DNA of 64,000 bases from assembly GCA_965197905.1 (NCBI GenBank), contig CBDAOB010000004.1, positions 1,600,001 through 1,664,000 of the forward strand. Direction: 5' to 3'. The stretch is from Candidatus Latescibacterota bacterium (lineage in GTDB: Bacteria; Latescibacterota; UBA2968; UBA8231). Shown here one piece after another: positions 1-9,395 of this stretch; the first letter of the stretch is position 1; each line of letters opens with the position of its first letter. The notes under the pieces were generated by a model that was not told where the DNA came from, made no database searches, and saw only the letters and a program-made list of their open reading frames with translations. The position numbers and the translations under genes are program-made.

Positions 1-226
1 CCCCTTCGGCGACCTCGGCGTCGGCGAAGATGCGCGCCCGCACCAGGCTATACGGACTTTGCCCCTTGATACTGGTGTTGATTTCGCTGCTGGGTTCACG
101 CCGCTTTTTACCGAGTTCGATCTCGTGGGCGATGTCGAGGCTCCCGGAGAGGCTGATCTGCGGGCTCGCGGTCTGCGGACGGAGACCCACCACGGCCAGC
201 GCCAGAACCAACCGTGCCCACGTCAT
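1..226 (-). CDS. Secreted, probably outer-membrane beta-barrel protein; N-terminal part, runs off the window edge
   Basis: Manual translation MTWARLVLALAVVGLRPQTASPQISLSGSLDI...SLVRARIFADAEV shows a signal peptide followed by amphipathic strands. Its ATG overlaps the cyclase stop (ATGA). Confidence 0.6.
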   Translation of the reverse strand, partial: MTWARLVLALAVVGLRPQTASPQISLSGSLDIAHEIELGKKRREPSSEINTSIKGQSPYSLVRARIFADAEVAEG

Positions 227-1911
227 GGGGCGTCTCCGGCCAGTGCGGCGATCTCCAACTCTTGCGAAACCCCCTTGAACGACATCTTCTTCACCGCGGC
301 GACGTTGAACGGCACATCGGACCCTTCGATCAGCTCCTTGCGGATGAGGATCTCTCCTCCCGCGGCGGCGGCGCAGAGTCGTGCGCCCAGGTTCACCTCC
401 GAACCGATCACCGTGTAGTCGAGACGGTTCTCCGCCCCCATATTGCCGAGGATCACCGGACCGTAGTTGATGCCGATGCCGATGTCGATGGGAGTGGGAT
501 CGGTCTTGTGTTCTTGCTTCACTCGTCGTTGTATTTCCATGGAACAGCGAATTGCCCGCTCCACCGCCTGATCGCCGAAGAACAGCGCCACCATCTCGTC
601 GCCGACGAACTTGTCGATAGAGCCCTCGAAATCGGGGACAATCTCAGCTTGGAAGCCCAGGTAACGATTCACTTTGTCGATAACCTCCTCCGGCGTCCGC
701 TTTTCACTGAACGCGGTAAATCCGCGAATGTCGGTGAACAGCACCGCCAGCTCCTGGCGAGACCCACCCAGGGAGACCGGGGAACCCGAGGCTTTGCTGA
801 TCATGTCGCGGGTGTGGGAACCGACGTACTTCATGAGTTGGAGGCGTTCGCGCAACCCCACGAGCATCTGATTGAAAGCATCCGTCAGGAGCCCAACCTC
901 GTCGCGGGTGGTGGCTTCCACCTGAACCGAAAGATCCCCACCCCGGACCACGTTCATGCCCTCGACCAGACGCAGAATGGGTCGCGAAAGGGTGCGTCCC
1001 AATACCAGCGCCAACAGCACGGTGATGGCCAGACTGATGGCAGCGGTGAGATAGATATTGCGCTGCAACAGGTGCAGGACATTGAGCTCATAGTCCTTGG
1101 GAACGCTGGCGACGAAAAAAGCGGCTTCGCCGATGCCTAGCGGACTGATGAAAGCAAAGACCGTGCGACCTGCCAGCTCGGTTTCAAACGGATCGCTGGA
1201 GGTCAGTTCGCTGAGCACCGCGCTGACACCCGCGGGGTGTTTTTCCATGAAGTCTTCGATATCGTCCTGGGTCAGAGTGTCGATACTGGAGCCGATGAGT
1301 CGGCGGCCGCTGACGAAGCTCAGGTCGATCGAAGCGCTCCCCTTCAGCTGTTGGGCTTCGTAGTCCGCCATCATGGATCCGGCGGTGATGGTGCCGATGA
1401 TGGTGTCGGCCAAGTAGATCGGGACGGTTGCCACCTGGTAGAGTTCGTCGTCTACCGCCCACAGCTCTGGCATCTCCTCCACCTCGTCCCGAAACTCGCC
1501 GCGCAGTGCCCGCTGTACGCTGGGACGGTGGGTGAGGTCGTCTCCGTACATGTCCGGGTCTCCCAGGCGTGCTAGAACCCGGCCGCGACCGTCGGTTACG
1601 ATAAAGAGATCGAACTTGGCAAACTCTGAAAACTCCTCGACGATGTGGTTCACTGTGCCGGGATCGTTGACCTGTACGTTCCCCTTGAAAGTGCTATTCT
1701 CACCAATGAGGGTGGCGGACTCGATCAATCGATCGTAGCGCAGCGTCTGCTCCTTGGCAAAATTGCGCTGTGTCTGGCGCGAATCGCTGGCCACCTTCTT
1801 GAGGATCTCCGCTTCGAGCTTCTGGCTTATGGAGTAGAGAACCCCGAGAAGAACGGCGGTGCTGAGCCCGGCGAGCAGGATGAACAGTTTCTGCTGAATG
1901 CTAAAACGCAT
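223..1911 (-). CDS. Membrane adenylate/guanylate cyclase (periplasmic Cache-like sensor, HAMP, class III cyclase)
   Basis: Two TM helices, HAMP (RDEVGLLTDAFNQM), cyclase motifs FTDIRGFT, DKFVGDE, DYTVIGSEVNLGARLC. Confidence 0.93.
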   Translation of the reverse strand: MRFSIQQKLFILLAGLSTAVLLGVLYSISQKLEAEILKKVASDSRQTQRNFAKEQTLRYDRLIESATLIGENSTFKGNVQVNDPGTVNHIVEEFSEFAKFDLFIVTDGRGRVLARLGDPDMYGDDLTHRPSVQRALRGEFRDEVEEMPELWAVDDELYQVATVPIYLADTIIGTITAGSMMADYEAQQLKGSASIDLSFVSGRRLIGSSIDTLTQDDIEDFMEKHPAGVSAVLSELTSSDPFETELAGRTVFAFISPLGIGEAAFFVASVPKDYELNVLHLLQRNIYLTAAISLAITVLLALVLGRTLSRPILRLVEGMNVVRGGDLSVQVEATTRDEVGLLTDAFNQMLVGLRERLQLMKYVGSHTRDMISKASGSPVSLGGSRQELAVLFTDIRGFTAFSEKRTPEEVIDKVNRYLGFQAEIVPDFEGSIDKFVGDEMVALFFGDQAVERAIRCSMEIQRRVKQEHKTDPTPIDIGIGINYGPVILGNMGAENRLDYTVIGSEVNLGARLCAAAAGGEILIRKELIEGSDVPFNVAAVKKMSFKGVSQELEIAALAGDAP

Positions 1912-1919
1912 CGGCTTCG

Positions 1920-2612
1920 TTAGTTGCCCAAAGAGAAATCTACGACCGTGCTGTCGCCCGCTGTCAGCTCGACGGCGCGGAGGGCCCCTTTGAGATCGGG
2001 GTGATACACCCGGATCTCATAACGCCCCGCGGGCAACTGCGGCATCGCAAAACGGCCGCCTGGATCGACCGCTACAAAATAAGGGGTGTCGAGGCTGAGG
2101 ATGGTGGCGTTCATCTGTGGGTGGATATCGCAGAACAGATCGATCTCTCCGGCGACCTCGATGGTCTCCTCCACGACGACGCCGGTCTTGCGGCGCCCGA
2201 TGTCAAATTTCGCCCCCTCCGTAAGGGTGAACACGTTGTGGAAAATCTTGTCGCGATTGATAAACTGGACCGCCGAGCCTTTGGTGATGGCGATGACCCG
2301 CGGTTTGAACGCCACGTCCTGCTGCTCCATCTGACCGGGATCCGCCAGCGGATGCACCGTCGCGGCGAAGAAAAGAGGATGGGCGGAAACAACCACGTCG
2401 GCAAAGGGCGAGACGGTCGCGGTCGCGGCGCTCGCCTTAGCGTCGGTCATGGAGGAACGCTGGCGGTAGCGGCTACCCCGGGAGATCCGCTTTTTCTTCG
2501 GGGCGGTTGGCGCCACTAGGATAACCGAACCGCTCAAGTGCGCCGGTTCTTTCGCAGCGACGAGGGACGGGCCCAGAAGGACGGTCAATAGGCAGAGGGT
2601 GGAAGGTCTCAT
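1920..2612 (-). CDS. Secreted cupredoxin-like / carboxypeptidase-regulatory-like domain protein
   Basis: Signal peptide from MRPSTL; FKPRV, FINRDKIFHNVF, FCDIHPQM (His/Cys/His/Met copper-type ligands), C-terminal GRYEIRVYHP. Confidence 0.8.
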   Translation of the reverse strand: MRPSTLCLLTVLLGPSLVAAKEPAHLSGSVILVAPTAPKKKRISRGSRYRQRSSMTDAKASAATATVSPFADVVVSAHPLFFAATVHPLADPGQMEQQDVAFKPRVIAITKGSAVQFINRDKIFHNVFTLTEGAKFDIGRRKTGVVVEETIEVAGEIDLFCDIHPQMNATILSLDTPYFVAVDPGGRFAMPQLPAGRYEIRVYHPDLKGALRAVELTAGDSTVVDFSLGN

Positions 2613-2781
2613 GTCATCTTGATGGTGAGAATAGAATTGTATGCCGCGTGCTTCGGCTATGCAACCGGGCCGGGGTCGGGTTGAATTCCATACACCGCAG
2701 ATTGCACGCTGCATCTTCTTCTTTATATCTTTATAATTCACCCACCATTCCGTTCCCCGGTTCCCCGGTAGATAGATCTTA

Positions 2782-4959
2782 ATGGCAAGAATCCTGGTTG
2801 TCGAAGACGAGAGTATCGTGGCTCTGGATATACAGCATCGGCTTCACAAGCTGGGATACGAAGTGCCGACCCTGGTCGCGTCTGGGGAAGAAGCGCTCAC
2901 AGAGGTGACGGCGTCACCTCCGGACCTGGTCCTGATGGATGTGATGCTGGCTGGATCCCTGGACGGCGTCGAGACCGCTGAAATCATCCGCAACCAGTAC
3001 AACGTTCCCGTCGTATTTCTCACCGCCTATTCGGACGACAGTACTCTGCAGCGCGCCAAGGTTTCCGGTCCCCTTGGTTACATCCTCAAGCCGTTTAAGG
3101 AAAAGGAGTTACACTCCACCATCGAGGTCGTGCTCTACCGCCACGAGATCGAAGAGACACTCAAGAAGGCGCACGATGAGCTCGAACTAAGAGTACGCGA
3201 ACGGACCGCTGAGCTGGCGACGGTAAACGAGGAGCTGAAACGCGAGGTTCAAGAGCGCGAGCGTGCGGAACTGGCGCTGCAGCGCCGCTTCGCCCAGCTG
3301 CAGACCCTTTTTGAGCTGAGTAACTCCATCTCGCGGGCCAGTGGCGTGGAGGAAGTGTGCAGCGAGGTCCTGAACGCCCTGACCAGCAAACACCAGGGGA
3401 ACCGGGCAGCCGTCCGCCTGGTGGACGATGCCGGCATGATGCGCTTTCGCGCCTCGTCGAACCTGTCGGACTTCTACCAACAAGGGGTGGAGCAACGCAC
3501 CCCGTGGCCGTACGAGGCCAAAGACCCACAACCAGTCCTGCTAACCGAATCGGGCACCGGATCCTCGTCCCATCCGCTGCGCCAGGTGGACCTCGACGAA
3601 GGCATCCACTGTATCGCCTGCATCCCCTTGGTATACAGCGACCAACTGCTGGGAGAGCTCACCATCTATTACGACCAGGCTCACGAATTCGAGACCGAGG
3701 AGGTGCGTCTCTTCCAAACCATGGGCCGTCATATCGCCTTCGTGCTGGAGCGCAAGCGGGCCGAAGAGGAGAATGTGGAGCTGGAAACCCAGCTGCGCCG
3801 CTCGCAAAAGATGGAAGCACTCGGTCTCCTGGCCGGTGGCGTCGCTCACGATTTTAACAATATGCTCACCATCATCACCGGGTACAGCGAACTGGTGCTG
3901 AATTGTCTGGGTCCCGATGATCCGTTGTCGCGCGACATCAAATCCATTAAAGAAGCAGGCGAGCGCGCCGCCACGCTCACCAGTCACCTGCTCGCTTTCA
4001 GTCGCCGTCAGGTCCTGCAGTTCAAGGTGCTCGACCTCAACCGTGTCGTGCAGCGCACCGACCAGATGCTGCGCCGCATCATCGGCGAGGATGTGGAGTT
4101 GCGCTGTCAGCTCGACAGCGATCTTCGTTACGTAAAAGCCGACCCGGCACAGGTCGAGCAGGTGCTGTTGAATCTGGTCATCAACGCCCGTGATGCCATG
4201 CCCCGAGGTGGCAAGCTCACCATCGAAACCTCCAACGCCGAGCTCGACGAAGCATACGTCCGGATCCACGTCAACGTCACCCCGGGACGGTATGTCAGAC
4301 TGCGGGTGAGCGACACCGGTGAAGGCATGAGCGAAGACATTCTGTCGCGCATCTTCGAACCTTTTTTCACCACCAAACCAACCGGCAAGGGCACGGGTCT
4401 GGGGCTGTCAACGGTCTACGGGATTGTGCAGCAAACCAGCGGTCATGTCGACGTCTTCAGCCGCCCACGGGAAGGCACGAGGTTCGACATCTTTCTACCC
4501 CAGGCCGAAGGTACCCCCGAACCCGAAGGCGAGGTTCTGATCACGGAGGAAGCCTTGCGCGGGTCGGAGATCATTCTTCTGGTCGAGGACGAATCGGTCG
4601 TGCGCAAGCTGGCTTACCGCGTGCTGCGGGATCACGGGTACACCGTCTTGGAAGCTCGCAAAGGGGACGAAGCGTTGGTGTTGTCCGAACTCCACGAGGG
4701 GCCGATTCACCTGCTGCTGACCGACGTCGTAATGCCGGAGATGAGTGGACGGGAGGTGGCGCAGCAGCTGCTGCCGCTGCGGCCCGAAATCAAGGTGTTG
4801 TACATGTCGGGCTACACCGATGACACGGTCTTGAGGCACGGCGTCGAAGAGTCGGAGGTGCCGTTTTTGCAGAAGCCGTTTACTCCGGAGGTGCTGATGG
4901 CCAAGGTTCGCGAAGTGCTGAACCAGCACGCCAGTGACCGGGAACCGCACTCTTCCTGA
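2782..4959 (+). CDS. Hybrid sensor histidine kinase (REC-GAF-HisKA-HATPase-REC)
   Basis: N- and C-terminal receiver domains, H-box GGVAHDFNNML, FEPFFTTK and GTGLGLS boxes. Confidence 0.95.
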   Translation: MARILVVEDESIVALDIQHRLHKLGYEVPTLVASGEEALTEVTASPPDLVLMDVMLAGSLDGVETAEIIRNQYNVPVVFLTAYSDDSTLQRAKVSGPLGYILKPFKEKELHSTIEVVLYRHEIEETLKKAHDELELRVRERTAELATVNEELKREVQERERAELALQRRFAQLQTLFELSNSISRASGVEEVCSEVLNALTSKHQGNRAAVRLVDDAGMMRFRASSNLSDFYQQGVEQRTPWPYEAKDPQPVLLTESGTGSSSHPLRQVDLDEGIHCIACIPLVYSDQLLGELTIYYDQAHEFETEEVRLFQTMGRHIAFVLERKRAEEENVELETQLRRSQKMEALGLLAGGVAHDFNNMLTIITGYSELVLNCLGPDDPLSRDIKSIKEAGERAATLTSHLLAFSRRQVLQFKVLDLNRVVQRTDQMLRRIIGEDVELRCQLDSDLRYVKADPAQVEQVLLNLVINARDAMPRGGKLTIETSNAELDEAYVRIHVNVTPGRYVRLRVSDTGEGMSEDILSRIFEPFFTTKPTGKGTGLGLSTVYGIVQQTSGHVDVFSRPREGTRFDIFLPQAEGTPEPEGEVLITEEALRGSEIILLVEDESVVRKLAYRVLRDHGYTVLEARKGDEALVLSELHEGPIHLLLTDVVMPEMSGREVAQQLLPLRPEIKVLYMSGYTDDTVLRHGVEESEVPFLQKPFTPEVLMAKVREVLNQHASDREPHSS

Positions 4960-4974
4960 CGGCATTGACGACGC

Positions 4975-6912
4975 GTGGACGTAGACCAGTTCCTAAAGGA
5001 CGTAGACATCGCGGAGTTGCTGGCATCCTACGACGAAGCCGCGCGGGAGCTATTAAACGTGGCGGCGTTGGATGGGCACTTTGATGGGTGGTCGCCAAAC
5101 GACCTGGTGTGGCCGCAAAGCACCGGAATCGATGTCGGCGGCCTCGAGCGCCGCCGCACTCTGATTTCGCACATCTACGACGGCATACCGAGCCGTCGCG
5201 ATCACCGCCTTCACGAATCCTACCTCAGGTTCGCCGCTCTCGTCGAACCTTACCACGAAGCCAACCGCAACTATCTGGATGTCCTCGAACAGTTCGAGCA
5301 ACAGGGCGCCGGTTCCGCCGCCGAGTTCCTGCAGCTCTACCAGGTGGTCTACCTGGAAGCGTTGGGCCGTGACGAGCCCTACTGCCTGGACGCGGGCGAG
5401 GCGGCCCTGGTCAACCTCAAGGTTGCGCGGGTGCCGCTGTCTCACGCCCAGGGGGTGGCAGGCAAGCTGAAGGAATCCACGGAGACCACTGACCCTCGTT
5501 GGGAAGGGGAGTACTGTCACCTCGTCGACGGCCAGAAAGTGGATGCCTCGCTCCGGAGTATCCTCTCACAAATTGCCGACCGAGTGGTCGATTTCATGGC
5601 GGCGGGTGAGCATCTGGCCATTCGCTACAACACCTTCAGCAACTTCATCTGGTTCGGCATATCCATTTGGAAGTCGGTTTCTGAAATCGAATACCTGACG
5701 GCGCGCCTGGAGGGGCACCTAAGACCCCAGTGGCACGAGAAGATGGTGAAGTACGTGCGGCTGGCGCAGGGCCTGTTGTTGAAGTTCCTGCAAGCGCACT
5801 CGGAGGATCCCGCGCAGATAAGACCCAAGGACTACTGGTACGGTCAGGAGTACAGTTACCTGACGCGGGACATGATCGACCTGACGCTAAAGCTGATCGA
5901 GGGCGCTAACGCGTTGCGAAGAAGGGCGCGAGGATCGAACCTCGAACTCGACGAGATCGAAGTGCCGGTGTTATTGCGCAACCAGTTCTCCGGTCGCTTC
6001 GTCGAGTACCGCCACGTCGGCCGACAGCGCAGCATCGGGTCGTGGCGGCGCCGCGGCCGCCTGCTGCGCTGGGCCGCATTGACCCGACGAAATGCCCGGG
6101 GGTCCCTGGGGCTGGAGGCGGCCAACCTGGCGGAGCCGGAACGGCTTCAGGCTGCCTGGAAGATGAGTCTGGAGTGGGGACGCAAGACCCTTGAACTTTT
6201 CGAGATCGAAGTCGACGTGTCGGTGGACCCTCGTTTCGAGGCGCTGGCGAAAGCGCTGCATCTGGGTCGGGACCACCGCAAGGTCGTCTTCTTTCCGACC
6301 CATCAGAGCGTTCTGGACCACCCCGTCATGTATTCGGTGATGCAGTCGTCCCAGTTGCTCAAGGCCATGGGCTGGGAGCAACCGCGGCCGTGCGCACTGT
6401 TGGCGCGGGCCGGTCTAACCTCCCCTGCCACCCTCCTTCGCGTGGGGTCGAAGGAGCTCTCGCTCCTAGGAATCGGGGCCGATACGGCCGATCATCTGCT
6501 TGAGCAGGTTCACGGGTACGTGATCCTGCGGCGCAACGGAGACACCGGCAATCCGACGCGGGAGTTCGCCAAACTCCTGGAAAAACGCCCCGGGGTGGTG
6601 TACGGGGCCGGCACGACCTCCGCCTTCGAGCTCCAGTGCCTGCCCATTCAGCATGCTCTCTTTGCGCAGCTGCCTTCCGACACCCTGTTCATCCCGGTGA
6701 TCTTTCGCGGCATACACGGCCTGTGGCCCAAATGTCCTGCCGGCAATCTGAATATTTCTCCCGGCAAGGTGGAGGTAATCGTCTGTCCGCCCATGCTGGG
6801 CGAAACAACCCTCTTGCCGCGAAAACGTTCCCTGCGCACGCAGCTCGAGCCGGCTACCCTCTTTCAAGCGGTCCATATCGCCAACCTGCTCAACCCCGAC
6901 CTGCCGGAATAG
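4975..6912 (+). CDS. Hypothetical protein with C-terminal lysophospholipid acyltransferase (PlsC-like) domain
   Basis: 645-aa ORF; HxxxxD motif FPTHQSVLD and C-terminal IPVIFRG...PGKVEVIV typical of LPLATs; N-terminal ~390 aa unrecognised. Confidence 0.65.
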   Translation: MDVDQFLKDVDIAELLASYDEAARELLNVAALDGHFDGWSPNDLVWPQSTGIDVGGLERRRTLISHIYDGIPSRRDHRLHESYLRFAALVEPYHEANRNYLDVLEQFEQQGAGSAAEFLQLYQVVYLEALGRDEPYCLDAGEAALVNLKVARVPLSHAQGVAGKLKESTETTDPRWEGEYCHLVDGQKVDASLRSILSQIADRVVDFMAAGEHLAIRYNTFSNFIWFGISIWKSVSEIEYLTARLEGHLRPQWHEKMVKYVRLAQGLLLKFLQAHSEDPAQIRPKDYWYGQEYSYLTRDMIDLTLKLIEGANALRRRARGSNLELDEIEVPVLLRNQFSGRFVEYRHVGRQRSIGSWRRRGRLLRWAALTRRNARGSLGLEAANLAEPERLQAAWKMSLEWGRKTLELFEIEVDVSVDPRFEALAKALHLGRDHRKVVFFPTHQSVLDHPVMYSVMQSSQLLKAMGWEQPRPCALLARAGLTSPATLLRVGSKELSLLGIGADTADHLLEQVHGYVILRRNGDTGNPTREFAKLLEKRPGVVYGAGTTSAFELQCLPIQHALFAQLPSDTLFIPVIFRGIHGLWPKCPAGNLNISPGKVEVIVCPPMLGETTLLPRKRSLRTQLEPATLFQAVHIANLLNPDLPE

Positions 6913-7128
6913 ACATCTCGCCGCTCTGGCAGGTTTGTGAACGAAATTTCGTCAATTGTGGCACTAAATGCTGTCGTCATGGCAAAATAGGAGAGCGGGA
7001 CCCGCTGATGTTGACCGGCGGTAACTCCTTGTCCAGACGTGACTACCAATCGTTTCGGCCGATTTTAACTGTTGTTGGCACGGAATTTGTCGTAATGTGG
7101 GCAACACTCAGACAGCATAGGTGGTCAC

Positions 7129-7356
7129 ATGGAACAATTTCTGCAGCACGAGACGGCTGTTGTGCCGACCGACATCACCGTTATCGAAGACGCGGCGATG
7201 ATAACTCAGGACGAGAATGGAAACACCCTGGCGAGTTACAAGTTCGTCGACCGCTACACCATACGCGCCCATCCCCTGATCGTCGATGCCCTGCTCGAAG
7301 ACGAAGAGACCGAGCAGGTTTGGACCATGAATCAGATCTTGAGTAGCCTCGAGTAG
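7129..7356 (+). CDS. Small acidic hypothetical protein
   Basis: 75-aa ORF with upstream AGGTGG RBS in the gap before convergent dgcA. Confidence 0.6.
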   Translation: MEQFLQHETAVVPTDITVIEDAAMITQDENGNTLASYKFVDRYTIRAHPLIVDALLEDEETEQVWTMNQILSSLE

Positions 7357-7374
7357 ATTCCCGCCAACTCCATA

Positions 7375-8355
7375 TTATCCCCAGAGCTCCGGTCGCGGTG
7401 GATACACCCTGCCGTTTTCGAAGCTGAGTCCCGCCGGGCGGTCCTGCGCCAGGAGAAGGGGGCCGTCCAAATCGACGAATCGGGCATTTTGAGCCAGCAT
7501 CATCCCCGGGGCCATCGCCAACGATGTTCCCACCATACACCCAACCATCACCTCCAACCCCACAGCTTCCGCCGCCGTCAGCAACTCCAACGCCGCCGTT
7601 AAACCGCCAGTTTTGTCCAGCTTGATGTTCACCGCATCGTACCTGTTAACGATGGCTTCCAGGTCGGGTGTGGTATGACACGATTCATCGGCACAGATGG
7701 GTACCGGTCGTTCAATCTCTTCCAGCAGCGAATCCGCGCCGGCTGGCAAGGGCTGTTCGATCAGCGCCACATTCGCCTCGAGCAGCCCCCTCGATAGGGG
7801 TTCCACGGATTCGAAGGACCACGACTCGTTGGCATCCACGATGATGGTTGCCGCCGGTGCATTCTCCCGCACCGCTTGCACGCGTTCCAGGTCTTCGCCC
7901 CCTCCTAACTTTAGTTTGAGCAGCGGTTGCTCGGCATGCTGGCGCGCGGCTTCGGCCATCTCTTCCGGGCTGCCGAGACTGAGGGTGTAGGCAGTAATAA
8001 CCGGCCGCAGCACGTCGAACCCAACCATTGCGCCCACCGAGGTACCGGTCGTCTTGGCCTCCAAATCCCATAGTGCGCAGTCCAGCGCATTGCGAGCCGC
8101 CCCGGCGCCCATGGTGCGCTGCAGCTCGGCGCGATCCAACCCTCCGGCGACCGCCTCGCCCATAGCCGCGATGGCGCTTTCGACACCGGCCACCGTTTCC
8201 CCGTAGTGCGGATACGGAACACACTCGCCGCGGCCACGAACCCCGTCTCGCTCGATCTCGACTACGACCACATCGGCGCTATTTTTGCTGCCGCGGGCGA
8301 TGGTAAACGTGGAAGCCAGGGGCCACTGCTCTGCGGAAACCCGAAGCTGGGTCAT
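7375..8355 (-). CDS. dgcA: N-acetyl-D-Glu racemase / dipeptide epimerase (enolase superfamily)
   Basis: KLKLG, VDANE, IEQP, CADE, NIKLDKTGGLT and DLDGP motifs; directly downstream of a DUF1611 gene. Confidence 0.88.
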   Translation of the reverse strand: MTQLRVSAEQWPLASTFTIARGSKNSADVVVVEIERDGVRGRGECVPYPHYGETVAGVESAIAAMGEAVAGGLDRAELQRTMGAGAARNALDCALWDLEAKTTGTSVGAMVGFDVLRPVITAYTLSLGSPEEMAEAARQHAEQPLLKLKLGGGEDLERVQAVRENAPAATIIVDANESWSFESVEPLSRGLLEANVALIEQPLPAGADSLLEEIERPVPICADESCHTTPDLEAIVNRYDAVNIKLDKTGGLTAALELLTAAEAVGLEVMVGCMVGTSLAMAPGMMLAQNARFVDLDGPLLLAQDRPAGLSFENGRVYPPRPELWG

Positions 8356-8376
8356 GAGCGAACAGCTCCCTTTGTA

Positions 8377-9375
8377 TTATATCGCGTCCACCAGACGCGC
8401 CGCGCCATGGCGCACCGCATCCACGGTGGGCAATCCGGTACTGCGTTCGATTGCTTGCAGTACTCGATCGGCCTCGGTCTCGCCATGCGCCGAGGTGTTG
8501 ATCGAGATGCCGATGGTACGGGACCGGGGGTTGGTCAACCGCCCTGCCGTGACGGTCTGTTCGATGCAATGCGCCAAGTCGGGCAAAGCTTGATCGGGGA
8601 TACCTCGCATGTGGGGTCGCCACGGATCGTGACACATCACCAGGCAATCTGCCTGGGACCCATGCAGGAGCCCTAGCGAAACGCCGGCGTAAGAAGGGTG
8701 AAACAGGGAACCCTGGCCTTCGATGATGTCCCAGTGTTCGGGGCGGTTGTCCGGTGTCAGCGCTTCGGTGGCGCCGGAGATAAAATCGGCTACCACGGCA
8801 TCGACGCAGACTCCGGCACCGGCGATAAAGATGCCGGTCTGGCCGGTGGCGCGAAACTCTGCGTCCATGCCCCTCGCCTTCATCTCTTTCTCGATCGCCA
8901 ACGCGGTGAACATCTTGCCCAACGAGCAGTCGGTTCCCACGGTGAGCAGGCGCTGCCCGGTGCGTTTCTTGCCGTTGCCGATGACGGCGTTGCCCTGGGG
9001 TTGCCGAACGTCGATCAGCTTCATCCCGTGTTGGGCAGCGCGTTCCGCCAGGCGGGGAGACGAACTCAGCTGCATATGTAGTCCGCTGGCCAGATGGTAT
9101 CCCCTGTCGAGCGCGCTTTCGAGGACCTCGAGCCAGGTGTCGGCGAGGATGCCCCCTCGGTTGGCCACCCCAACGATGAGGGTCTTGGCGCCCAGGCGAC
9201 TTCCTTCCTCCAGCGACACCTCCGGAATACCCAAGTCCGCGTTGCAGTCGGGCAAGCGGAGCTGCCCGACGCACCACTCCCGGCGCCACGTGGCGATGCC
9301 GTGGGCGGTCTTTGCCGCCAGCTGGTCGGCGGCATCGCCGATGAACAGCAGGTAAGGATGTTCGATTTCGATCAT
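8377..9375 (-). CDS. dgcN: D-glutamate N-acetyltransferase (DUF1611 family)
   Basis: PYLLFIGDA..AAKTA, VGTDCSLGKM, ATGQTGI, IEGQGSLFHPSYAGVS. Confidence 0.9.
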   Translation of the reverse strand: MIEIEHPYLLFIGDAADQLAAKTAHGIATWRREWCVGQLRLPDCNADLGIPEVSLEEGSRLGAKTLIVGVANRGGILADTWLEVLESALDRGYHLASGLHMQLSSSPRLAERAAQHGMKLIDVRQPQGNAVIGNGKKRTGQRLLTVGTDCSLGKMFTALAIEKEMKARGMDAEFRATGQTGIFIAGAGVCVDAVVADFISGATEALTPDNRPEHWDIIEGQGSLFHPSYAGVSLGLLHGSQADCLVMCHDPWRPHMRGIPDQALPDLAHCIEQTVTAGRLTNPRSRTIGISINTSAHGETEADRVLQAIERSTGLPTVDAVRHGAARLVDAI

Positions 9376-9395
9376 GCTCTTGGGGTTTGACGCGC

